A stretch of DNA of 41,076 nt from a virus (IMGVR_UViG_2867339791_000001:71046-112121); one strand, 5' to 3'. Shown: positions 19,355 to 26,334, counted from the first letter of the stretch. Made by a program: numbers and translations. Notes: generated from the sequence alone by a model not told the origin.

Positions 19355-19757
19355 GCCCACGGGCGCGGCGTTGGAGGACGAGGCGGCGCATCTGCGCCGC
19401 CAGCTCGGACGGCGCTTGCTCAGCGGGTGCAGCGGCGACAGCCTGGCCCGGTCGGGGCTCCTGCCGCGCTTCGGCGAGGAGCCGCAGGAACGCCAGCCAG
19501 CCCCACGCCCCGCACAGCACGACCACAGCGAATCCCCACCACCGCACGTCACCCGGCAGGCCGAGCACCCAGAACGCTGCGGCCAGCACCGCGCTGCGGG
19601 CAGCGACACCCGCCCACCGCCGCCAGCCGCGCGCCGGATCGCGGAGCACCGTGTACCCGCGCAGCCACCACCAGCAGCCGACCAACAACCCCACGGTCAG
19701 CAGCGCGGGCCAGACGATGAACAACTTGCGATCCACGTCCCAGCTAAATTTCAGCAC
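19344..19757 (-). CDS. Hypothetical membrane protein (start uncertain)
   Basis: Three Trp-rich hydrophobic segments. Confidence 0.6.
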   Translation of the reverse strand: MLKFSWDVDRKLFIVWPALLTVGLLVGCWWWLRGYTVLRDPARGWRRWAGVAARSAVLAAAFWVLGLPGDVRWWGFAVVVLCGAWGWLAFLRLLAEARQEPRPGQAVAAAPAEQAPSELAAQMRRLVLQRRARGLRP

Positions 19758-19854
19758 GGTTGGATTCTCGCCGGTCGACGTCCGCTCGCGGGCCCCCCGA
19801 ACGTCGCTTGTCCGCCGTACCCTCCACAGACAACGGCCGGGAAGGGGTGGGCGG

Positions 19855-20211
19855 ATGAGCATCGACTACGACGAGAACCCGATGACCGACGACGAGCTGC
19901 AAGACGCGGCCAGGCACATCGCGGAGCGGTTCACGGACCACGACAGCCGGTTCCTGGCGTTGATGACGCCGGAGGAGCGCGCCGGCCACATCCGCGCCCT
20001 GTGGATGCTGTACCACCACATCGACCGGATCTGGGAAGCCCCGAAGAAGGCCGGCGGCCCGCACCCGGTCGAGCTGGGCGGGTACGGCGCGGTCGCCGGG
20101 CTCCGGGACATGGTGGACGCGTTGATCGGTCACGCCGAGCAGGTGCAGCACGACGCCGGGGACGAGCCGGAGCGCTACTCCGCTCAGATGGTCGTCGAGA
20201 CCATCGAATGA
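19855..20211 (+). CDS. Hypothetical protein
   Basis: ATG after GAAGGGG; GC-rich third positions. Confidence 0.7.
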   Translation: MSIDYDENPMTDDELQDAARHIAERFTDHDSRFLALMTPEERAGHIRALWMLYHHIDRIWEAPKKAGGPHPVELGGYGAVAGLRDMVDALIGHAEQVQHDAGDEPERYSAQMVVETIE

Positions 20212-20726
20212 TGCCGCGGGCAGGTCCACGGGTCGTCGAGGTTCGAGGCGACGACCCGTGGCAGGTGTGTTCGCTCGCGCTTCCGGTCCGCGCGTTGGGC
20301 CGACATCGGATCACCGCCGACCGGTACCGCGAGCTGCGCGCCGCCCAGGACGGAGTGTGCGCGATCTGCCAGCAGGCGAACCTACGCGGTCCCGGCGCCG
20401 TTCCCCTCTACATCGATCACGACCACGTCTGCTGCCCCGACCACCACCGCACCTGCGGCCAGTGCATCCGCGGCCTGCTGTGCTCCGGCTGCAACGGCTC
20501 GCTCGGAGAGTTGGAGCTGTGGGGCCGCCTGCCGTACGGCGATGACGGGACGTGGGAGGCGGCTGCGTTGCGGTACCTGGCCGGGGCCGGCTGCGACCCG
20601 TTCGACCCGCAGCGGCGGCAGGCGGTTGAAAGCCGACACCGCGAGCGGGTCGCGAAGTGGTCGGAGCCGTGCCGCTGCCGCGTCTGCCGCCCCGCCGAGC
20701 CGCCACCGGATGACGTAACTCGGTAG
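20208..20726 (+). CDS. Recombination endonuclease VII-family protein
   Basis: QDGVCAICQ...IDHDH...IRGLLCSGCN. Confidence 0.88.
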   Translation: MMPRAGPRVVEVRGDDPWQVCSLALPVRALGRHRITADRYRELRAAQDGVCAICQQANLRGPGAVPLYIDHDHVCCPDHHRTCGQCIRGLLCSGCNGSLGELELWGRLPYGDDGTWEAAALRYLAGAGCDPFDPQRRQAVESRHRERVAKWSEPCRCRVCRPAEPPPDDVTR

Positions 20727-20783
20727 TTGTTATTGCCACCGCGCCAGGGTTGCCGTACCGTCGGTGATGTCAGCGCTACTCGG
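20717..20783 (+). promoter_or_regulatory. Putative tRNA-array promoter (degenerate copy F of the element module)
   Basis: AACTCGGTAGTTGT-TA-TTGCCA(20733)-17-TACCGT(20756)-CGGTGATGTCAGCGCTACT. Confidence 0.65.
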
Positions 20784-20874
20784 CGGGCGGGCCGGTGGAC
20801 GGAAACTCCGTTGCTGGTTTGCCCGCCGGGAGCCTACGGTCTTCACGAACCGATCCACTGAGGAGTAGCCGGTC

Positions 20875-20991
20875 ATGATGCGCCACACGACCCCAGAACC
20901 GCAGCAGCGGGTGTCGCTGCGCGGTGGGTGGTGCGTGGACATCGCCGCAAGCTCCGTCGACAACTTCAAGCTCGGTAGGTGGCGCGGCTGA
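20875..20991 (+). CDS. Putative 38-aa leader peptide (uORF) of the tRNA-array attenuator
   Basis: GAGGAG RBS at 20860; MMRHTTPEPQQRVSLRGGWCVDIAASSVDNFKLGRWRG*. Confidence 0.7.
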   Translation: MMRHTTPEPQQRVSLRGGWCVDIAASSVDNFKLGRWRG

Positions 20992-21011
20992 CCGCGAGTC
21001 CCCCAGGACAC

Positions 21012-21056
21012 GGAAGCCGCCCACCCAGCCAAGGGGTAGGGCGGCTTTCTCGTTCT
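21012..21056 (+). terminator. Intrinsic terminator/attenuator hairpin before the first tRNA
   Basis: GGAAGCCGCCC(21012-22)/GGGCGGCTTTC(21039-49) with TTTCTCGTTCT tail; alternative pairing with 20978-20989. Confidence 0.75.
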
Positions 21057-21070
21057 CGGCACAAGTCCAT

Positions 21071-21142
21071 AGGGGTGTAGCTCAGCGGCAGAGCAGCGAT
21101 CTCCAAAGTCGTGAAGCGCAGGTTCGAGTCCTGTCACCCCTG
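21071..21142 (+). tRNA. tRNA-Trp(CCA)
   Basis: Cloverleaf; gcgat-CTCCAAA-gtcgt. Confidence 0.92.
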
Positions 21143-21176
21143 CTCAACGTCCCGGCCCTCGCGGTCGGCTCGGCGA

Positions 21177-21199
21177 TGATCATTGAGAACTCCACAGCG
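21177..21199 (+). promoter_or_regulatory. rrn-like boxA antitermination element
   Basis: TGATCATTGAGAACTCCACAGCG resembles the actinobacterial rRNA-leader TTGAGAACTCAACAG; preceded by a small hairpin. Confidence 0.65.
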
Positions 21200-21262
21200 G
21201 ATGGCATACAGACGACACCCGGCCGGCGGCAGCACCGCCGTCGCCGGCCGGGGAGTCGGAAT

Positions 21263-21335
21263 GGGCTTGTGGCGCAGCTGGTAGCGCGCCGCTCTGGCAG
21301 AGCGGAGGTCCCCGGTTCGAACCCGGGCAGGTCCA
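21263..21335 (+). tRNA. tRNA-Ala(GGC)
   Basis: Cloverleaf; G3:U70. Confidence 0.93.
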
Positions 21336-21343
21336 CACATCAT

Positions 21344-21416
21344 GCCCACCAAGCTCAGGTGGTAGAGCGCGCCCCTGAAAAGGGCGAGGCTCCCGGTTCG
21401 ACGCCGGGGGTGGGCA
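21344..21416 (+). tRNA. tRNA-Phe(GAA)
   Basis: cgccc-CTGAAAA-gggcg. Confidence 0.92.
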
Positions 21417-21466
21417 CGTTGGCGGGGTCCGCTGGCTGCGGACGGCGGAACCCCGCCAGCTCCAAT

Positions 21467-21541
21467 CGGCCGTTGGAGCTGCCTGGAAAGCTCGTCACGC
21501 TCTCAACGTGAAGATCACGGGTTCAAATCCCGTACGGCCGA
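21467..21541 (+). tRNA. tRNA-Glu(CTC)
   Basis: tcacg-CTCTCAA-cgtga. Confidence 0.88.
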
Positions 21542-21553
21542 CGCAACGCCCAT

Positions 21554-21626
21554 GCGGTCCTGGTGAACTCGGCGGACACGCCGGTCTTCCAAACCGGAGA
21601 AGCGGGTTCGATGCCCGCGGGCCGCT
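21554..21626 (+). tRNA. tRNA-Gly(TCC)
   Basis: ccggt-CTTCCAA-accgg; U73. Confidence 0.88.
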
Positions 21627-21755
21627 CGGAGGGCAGGGAAAGGGGGCGGCGGACGCCGCGAAACCCGAGGCCGGGTTGCGCAGCCCGGTCAACGGCCGCG
21701 CGGGGTCGCTCCCCGTGGCAGCGCGGAAGGTCACCGCCCCTGCTCCCTGCCCCGA
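21626..21755 (+). ncRNA. Unassigned ~130-nt structured RNA within the array
   Basis: Closing stem GGGCAGGGA..AGGGGGCGG/CCGCCCCT..TCCCTGCCC enclosing two hairpins. Confidence 0.45.
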
Positions 21756-21761
21756 CCACGA

Positions 21762-21833
21762 TGGGGGCTCGGCTAATCGGCAGGCCGCCTGATTTTGGCT
21801 CAGGTCGTGGGGGTTCGAGTCCTCCGTCCTCAG
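21762..21833 (+). tRNA. tRNA-Gln(TTG)
   Basis: cctga-TTTTGGC-tcagg; U1:A72. Confidence 0.9.
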
Positions 21834-21838
21834 CTCTC

Positions 21839-21913
21839 GCCCTGCTACCCCAACTGGCACGAGGGCGCCAGCTCAAACCTGGTGTGTTGGCGGTTCGAGT
21901 CCGTCGCAGGGCA
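21839..21913 (+). tRNA. tRNA-Leu(CAA), short variable arm
   Basis: gccag-CTCAAAC-ctggt. Confidence 0.88.
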
Positions 21914-21918
21914 CTCAT

Positions 21919-21996
21919 GCCGTCGTAACTCAGCCTGGCCAGAGCGCCGACCTGGTACGTCGGAGGCCGCCGGTTCGAATCCGGCCGTCGGCTCCA
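21919..21996 (+). tRNA. tRNA-Thr(GGT)
   Basis: ccgac-CTGGTAC-gtcgg; encoded CCA. Confidence 0.9.
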
Positions 21997-21997
21997 T

Positions 21998-22070
21998 GCG
22001 GTTGTAGCGCAGTTGGTAGCGCGCCACCTTGCCATGGTGGAGGTCGCCGGTTCGAACCCGGTCAGCCGCT
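21998..22070 (+). tRNA. tRNA-Gly(GCC)
   Basis: ccacc-TTGCCAT-ggtgg. Confidence 0.93.
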
Positions 22071-22074
22071 CTCG

Positions 22075-22093
22075 TTGACAGATCATCTGTCAA
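22075..22093. promoter_or_regulatory. Perfect palindrome upstream of the HNH gene
   Basis: TTGACAGAT-C-ATCTGTCAA. Confidence 0.5.
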
Positions 22094-22170
22094 TTCGTCA
22101 ACCACCGTTGGAACGTCACCCCGGCGCTCCAACACCACCGCCGGTCCAGTTGGAAGAAGGGAGGGACCTG

Positions 22171-22614
22171 GTGGACGTCGTACTTGTCATCAACGCCGAC
22201 CTCGGGCCCCTCCACCGGGTCACCGTCGCCCACGCGATCCGGATGCTGTGCCGCCGGGTCGCCGAGATCCACGAAGCCGAGCCGGACCGGCTCATCGGCG
22301 TGTTCCCCATGCCGAAGGTCGTGCGGCTCGTCCGTTACGTGGTCACCCGGTGGCGGTACAGCAAGGGTCCCGCCTGGTCGAAGTCGGGCGTGCTGGCCCG
22401 TGACGGCCGTCGGTGCGGCTACTGCTCCGGCCCGGCCGCGACCGTCGACCACATCCTGCCCCGCTCGCGGGGTGGGCAGAACACCTGGCGGAACACCGTC
22501 AGCGCGTGCGCGCCCTGCAACCAGGCGAAGGGCGACCGGACCCCGGCCGAGGCCGGCATGGTGCTGCGCATCACGCCGCTTGTGCCGTCGTGGGGGTCGC
22601 TGGCGCAGCGCTGA
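22171..22614 (+). CDS. HNH endonuclease
   Basis: AAGGAGG RBS and GTG; RDGRRCGYC...TVDHILPRSRGG..TWRNTVSACAPCNQAKGDR. Confidence 0.93.
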   Translation: MDVVLVINADLGPLHRVTVAHAIRMLCRRVAEIHEAEPDRLIGVFPMPKVVRLVRYVVTRWRYSKGPAWSKSGVLARDGRRCGYCSGPAATVDHILPRSRGGQNTWRNTVSACAPCNQAKGDRTPAEAGMVLRITPLVPSWGSLAQR

Positions 22615-22648
22615 CCCGGCCGGCGGGCCATCACCCCGCCGGCCCCGA

Positions 22649-22722
22649 TGCGGGCTGGTGCAATCTGGCAGCACGTCCGGCTCTGGACCGGAAGGTTGGA
22701 GGTTCGAGTCCTCCGCCCGCAG
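22649..22722 (+). tRNA. tRNA-Gln(CTG)
   Basis: tccgg-CTCTGGA-ccgga. Confidence 0.92.
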
Positions 22723-22728
22723 CTCAAT

Positions 22729-22804
22729 GCCCTCGTAGCCCAGCGGTAGAGGCGACGGTCTGAGGGGCCGTACAGGGCAGGTTCGAGTCCTGCCGAGGGC
22801 ACCA
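22729..22804 (+). tRNA. tRNA-Leu(GAG), short variable arm
   Basis: acggt-CTGAGGG-gccgt; CCA. Confidence 0.9.
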
Positions 22805-22805
22805 T

Positions 22806-22880
22806 GCCGGCGTAGCTCAGCGGCAGAGCAACTGCCTTGTAAGCAGCGTCGCGCCGGTTCGACTCCGGCCGCCGGCTCCA
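22806..22880 (+). tRNA. tRNA-Thr(TGT)
   Basis: ctgc-CTTGTAA-gcag; CCA. Confidence 0.9.
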
Positions 22881-22985
22881 CAACCTGCGCATTCGTTGTC
22901 GCGGATGTCCGCCCGGGGCGGGTGGCCGCTCCCCCACGATGACGTCGGGGGGCGAGATGAGCGGCGTTCGCAGCGAGCGCGGGCG

Positions 22986-24056
22986 GTGAGCCCGGCCCGG
23001 CGCCGGGCGGAGGGGCCAGCCGACCCGAGGCTGCGCCGCCCGGTTGCGCCGATGCTCGCCGCGCCCGTCGACCAGGTGCCCGAAGGGCCCGGCCTCATCC
23101 ACGAGCCGAAGTGGGACGGGTGGCGGGCGATCGCCTTCCGGGACAGCGACGGCGTGTACCTCCAATCGCGCGCCGGCCGGAACTTGACCACGTACTTCCC
23201 GGACATCACCCGGGCGATCCGGTCGGCGATCCCCGCAGGGGCGGTGCTCGACGGCGAGCTGATCGTGTGGGAGCGGGGCCGGACCAACTTCGCCCAGCTC
23301 CAACGCCGGATCACGGCCGGCCGCGGCCTGCTGCGGCTGGCCCGCGACTGCCCCGCCCACTACGTGCTGTTCGACGTGCTCGCCGACGCTGGCGGGGAGG
23401 TGGTCCTGGACCTGCCGCTGTTCGAGCGGCGGGCCCGGCTGGAACGGCTCCTCGCCGACGCTCCCCCGACGCTGACGCTCACGCCGCAGACCACCGACAT
23501 GCGGCAGGTGTCTGACTGGCTGATCCACTGGACCGTTGCGACGGGCATCGAGGGGGTCGTGACGAAGCGGCTCGCCGGCAGGTACGAGCCGGGCCGCCGG
23601 GGCTGGTCGAAGTTCCGCACCCGGGTCTTCACGGAGGCCATCGTGGGCGGGGTGACGGGCAGCCTCCGCAACCCGGACACGGCTCTGCTGGGCCGGTTCG
23701 ACCGGCGCGGGAAGCTCCGCTACACCGGCCGCACGCACCCTCTGACCGTCGAGCAGAGGGCCGACCTCGCCGCGGCGCTCTCCCCGCTTCGGCCGTTGCA
23801 GCGTCGCGGCGGAACCGTGGTGCACCCGTGGCCGCAACCGCTACCGGCCGCCTGGTCGGGGCAGCTCGACCGGCCCGAACCGCTGCGGTACGTGCAGGTC
23901 GAACCGACCGCCGTCGTCGAGATCGACGCTGACGTGGCGTTCGAGCACCAGCGGTGGCGGCACAGGGTCAGGTTCAGCAGGACCAGACCGGACATGTCGA
24001 TCTACGACGTGCCGTTGGTCCTCGGTGAGGAGAAGGGCTACTACGGCGAGGCGTAG
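22986..24056 (+). CDS. ATP-dependent DNA ligase (LigC-like; start uncertain)
   Basis: PMLA, EPKWDGWR (adenylated Lys), LDGELIV, FDVL, EGVVTK, YEPGRRGWSK. Confidence 0.93.
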   Translation: MSPARRRAEGPADPRLRRPVAPMLAAPVDQVPEGPGLIHEPKWDGWRAIAFRDSDGVYLQSRAGRNLTTYFPDITRAIRSAIPAGAVLDGELIVWERGRTNFAQLQRRITAGRGLLRLARDCPAHYVLFDVLADAGGEVVLDLPLFERRARLERLLADAPPTLTLTPQTTDMRQVSDWLIHWTVATGIEGVVTKRLAGRYEPGRRGWSKFRTRVFTEAIVGGVTGSLRNPDTALLGRFDRRGKLRYTGRTHPLTVEQRADLAAALSPLRPLQRRGGTVVHPWPQPLPAAWSGQLDRPEPLRYVQVEPTAVVEIDADVAFEHQRWRHRVRFSRTRPDMSIYDVPLVLGEEKGYYGEA

Positions 24057-24080
24057 CCGGCCCTCGATCACTGGGAACAT

Positions 24081-24153
24081 GCCGGCGTAGCTCAACTGGC
24101 AGAGCACGCCCCTCGTAAGGGTGAGGTTGCGGGTTCAACTCCCGCCGCTGGCT
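24081..24153 (+). tRNA. tRNA-Thr(CGT)
   Basis: cgccc-CTCGTAA-gggtg. Confidence 0.92.
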
Positions 24154-24158
24154 CTCAC

Positions 24159-24232
24159 GCCGACGTAGCTCAGGTGGTCAGAGCGCTCCGCTCATAACGG
24201 AGAGGCCCCCGGTTCGACACCGGGCGTCGGCA
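24159..24232 (+). tRNA. tRNA-Met(CAT), elongator (Ile2 not excluded)
   Basis: ctccg-CTCATAA-cggag; paired 1:72. Confidence 0.88.
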
Positions 24233-24243
24233 CGCAACATCAC

Positions 24244-24327
24244 GCGCTCGTGGTGGAACTCAGGTAGACACGCCGGATTCAGGATCCGGTGCCGGAAGGC
24301 GTGGGGGTTCGACTCCCCCCGAGCGCA
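24244..24327 (+). tRNA. tRNA-Leu(CAG)
   Basis: ccgga-TTCAGGA-tccgg; long variable arm. Confidence 0.93.
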
Positions 24328-24332
24328 CGCAT

Positions 24333-24408
24333 GGGGTCGTAGCTCAGTTGGTAGAGCATCCCGTTCGCACCGGGAAGGCCAGCGGTTCGATTCCGCTCGG
24401 CTCCACCA
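24333..24408 (+). tRNA. tRNA-Ala(CGC)
   Basis: tcccg-TTCGCAC-cggga; G3:U70; CCA. Confidence 0.93.
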
Positions 24409-24409
24409 T

Positions 24410-24485
24410 GCCCTGTCGGTCCAGTCAGGAGTGGACGCCGGATTGTCAATCCGGAGATTCGCGGGTTCAAATCCCGTACGGGGCG
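24410..24485 (+). tRNA. tRNA-Asp(GTC)
   Basis: ccgga-TTGTCAA-tccgg; G73. Confidence 0.92.
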
Positions 24486-24490
24486 CGCAT

Positions 24491-24581
24491 GGAGGGGTGG
24501 CATGAGCGGTCTATGGCGCTGCCCTGCTAAGGCAGACCGGAGGCAACTCCGGCCCGGGTTCGAATCCCGGTCCCTCCGCCA
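24491..24581 (+). tRNA. tRNA-Ser(GCT)
   Basis: ctgcc-CTGCTAA-ggcag; long variable arm; CCA. Confidence 0.92.
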
Positions 24582-24582
24582 A

Positions 24583-24658
24583 GCCGTCGTGGCCAAGTCC
24601 GGTTAAGGCACCTCGCTGATAACGAGGAGATGCGCTGGTTCGATTCCAGCCGACGGCA
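24583..24658 (+). tRNA. tRNA-Ile(GAT)
   Basis: cctcg-CTGATAA-cgagg. Confidence 0.92.
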
Positions 24659-24673
24659 CGCAGCAATTTTCTT

Positions 24674-24746
24674 GCCCCCGTAGCTCAGCGGACAGAGTGT
24701 CTGGCTACGAACCAGAAGGCCGCAGGTTCGATTCCTGCCGGGGGTA
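24674..24746 (+). tRNA. tRNA-Arg(ACG)
   Basis: tctgg-CTACGAA-ccaga. Confidence 0.93.
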
Positions 24747-24751
24747 CGCAT

Positions 24752-24823
24752 CGGGACGTGGCGCAGGGGTAGCGCGCTGGTCTGGGGGACCAGAGGACGG
24801 GAGTTCGAGACTCCCCGTCCCGA
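24752..24823 (+). tRNA. tRNA-Pro(GGG)
   Basis: ctggt-CTGGGGG-accag; C1:G72. Confidence 0.9.
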
Positions 24824-24828
24824 CTCAA

Positions 24829-24902
24829 CGGGTACTAGCTCAGCTTGGGAGAGCGCGCCCTTCGGGAGGGCGAGGCCGGGGGTTCAATTCCCTCGTACCC
24901 GA
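24829..24902 (+). tRNA. tRNA-Pro(CGG)
   Basis: cgccc-TTCGGGA-gggcg. Confidence 0.92.
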
Positions 24903-24907
24903 CTCAT

Positions 24908-24990
24908 GGAGGGTAGCGCCCAGTGGTGGGCAACCGGCCTCGAAAACCGGGCCGCTGGAAACGGCGAGGGTTCGACTCCTTTACCTTCCG
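24908..24990 (+). tRNA. tRNA-Ser(CGA)
   Basis: Anticodon loop CTCGAAA; long variable arm; G73. Confidence 0.87.
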
Positions 24991-25829
24991 CGTTTGCCGG
25001 CGAGGCAGATCAACGCCCGATCGACGGCTCCACAGCGGCGCGACTTCAACCACGGCCGCAGTTCCGGGAGCAGTTCGCGCAGCTCGTTGATGCGGCACAC
25101 GTTCCACGTCGCGGTTGGACGCCACTTCTCGTTCCGTGACGGCCGCTCATAAACGCGCCCCATGCCGGTCGCTGAGTGAAGCCGAACGATGGTGTCTAGA
25201 TCGGTCGAGTTCACTCCGAGAGACACGTCACCTCGGGCGGAGACGCTGATGCAGCCCTCACCTTCGACGATGCCGGCGACCCACGGGATGTGTTCGGCAG
25301 ACGTCAACTCCCGCCGGGCGGGGAAGGTGGCGACTGGTTGCCCTCCGGCTAACCAGAGGCCGACGGCAGCCGAACGGCGACGATGACCGAGTAGCGGTGC
25401 GACTTCCGCGACCAGCCAAGCCGTGTGCGAATGAGCGTTGACGGTCCAGTACCACGAGGGCTTATGTGCACGGTTCCTCGGTGTGTACGCATTGACCGTA
25501 CCTACCCCCGTCATCTGGTGGGCGTCGCTGATGACGTCCTGGTCCGTCATCTGGACCCGGACGCGGGGTGCACCCTCCTTTACCAGGAAGGTCCCTTCGC
25601 CTTCGAGGAGCCCAGCCAGCCACGCTCGCTGGTCTGCACGTAGTTTCTGCGGGGCTGGTCGCTCGCGGTTGCAGGTCGCGCACTGTACTGACTTGCGGTC
25701 CATCGGTGCGCCACACGCGCACCGCCACTTCAGCTTCAGACGCTGGTAGCGGCAGGGCTCGCATTCACGCCGCCGGTCAGCTGACCAGTAAGGCTTGCCG
25801 CAGGTAGCGCATCTGGGCTGGTTTGTCAC
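24981..25829 (-). CDS. Zn-ribbon plus double-motif LAGLIDADG homing endonuclease 1
   Basis: CxxC repeats; AWLAGLLEGEGTF and PWVAGIVEGEGCI; GTG 6 nt after a TATTGT -10. Confidence 0.88.
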   Translation of the reverse strand: MTNQPRCATCGKPYWSADRRRECEPCRYQRLKLKWRCACGAPMDRKSVQCATCNRERPAPQKLRADQRAWLAGLLEGEGTFLVKEGAPRVRVQMTDQDVISDAHQMTGVGTVNAYTPRNRAHKPSWYWTVNAHSHTAWLVAEVAPLLGHRRRSAAVGLWLAGGQPVATFPARRELTSAEHIPWVAGIVEGEGCISVSARGDVSLGVNSTDLDTIVRLHSATGMGRVYERPSRNEKWRPTATWNVCRINELRELLPELRPWLKSRRCGAVDRALICLAGKRGR

Positions 25830-25874
25830 CCATACACAATACCCTATGCGTGAGGGCCTTTCCCTCTCCGCCAA

Positions 25875-25946
25875 GCCTCCGTAGCTCAGAGGAAGAGCAA
25901 CCGACTCTTAATCGGTGGGCCGGGATTTCGAAATTCCCCGGAGGCA
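25875..25946 (+). tRNA. tRNA-Lys(CTT)
   Basis: accga-CTCTTAA-tcggt. Confidence 0.92.
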
Positions 25947-25952
25947 CAGTAC

Positions 25953-26025
25953 GCCCCGCTAGCTCAGGGGATAGAGCAGCAGTTTCCTAAACTGCGTGTC
26001 GCTGGTTCGATTCCAGCGCGGGGCA
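25953..26025 (+). tRNA. tRNA-Arg(CCT)
   Basis: gcagt-TTCCTAA-actgc. Confidence 0.93.
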
Positions 26026-26031
26026 CAGCAC

Positions 26032-26103
26032 GGGCCGCTAGCTCAGTGGTAGAGCTGCCGACTTTTAATCGGAGTGTCCAGAGTTCGATCCTCTGGCGGC
26101 CCA
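26032..26103 (+). tRNA. tRNA-Lys(TTT)
   Basis: ccga-CTTTTAA-tcgg. Confidence 0.92.
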
Positions 26104-26105
26104 CT

Positions 26106-26180
26106 TGCGGGATGGCGCAGTTATGGAAGCGCGCTGGGCTCATAACCCAGAGGCCGCCGGTTCGAATCCGGCTCCCGCTC
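26106..26180 (+). tRNA. Initiator tRNA-fMet(CAT)
   Basis: ctggg-CTCATAA-cccag (three G:C pairs); unpaired 1:72. Confidence 0.88.
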
Positions 26181-26182
26181 CC

Positions 26183-26254
26183 GCCCCGGTAGTTCAGTGG
26201 GAGAACGCCGCCTCGACAAGGCGGAGGTCGCTGGTTCGACACCAGCTCGGGGCA
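26183..26254 (+). tRNA. tRNA-Val(GAC)
   Basis: ccgcc-TCGACAA-ggcgg (C33). Confidence 0.9.
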
Positions 26255-26259
26255 CGCAA

Positions 26260-26333
26260 CGCGCGTTCGGTTATGGGTAGGCCCTGGGTCTTTCAAGCCC
26301 ATGAAGCGGGTTCGAGTCCCGCACGCGCGACCA
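26260..26333 (+). tRNA. tRNA-Glu(TTC)
   Basis: tgggt-CTTTCAA-gccca; CCA. Confidence 0.88.
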
Positions 26334-26334
26334 T

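Noticed and set aside
22419-23837. 472-aa minus-strand ORF and other ORFs over the tRNA array
   Set aside because: Shadow of the ligase and of tRNA genes; translations are reverse-complement tRNA text
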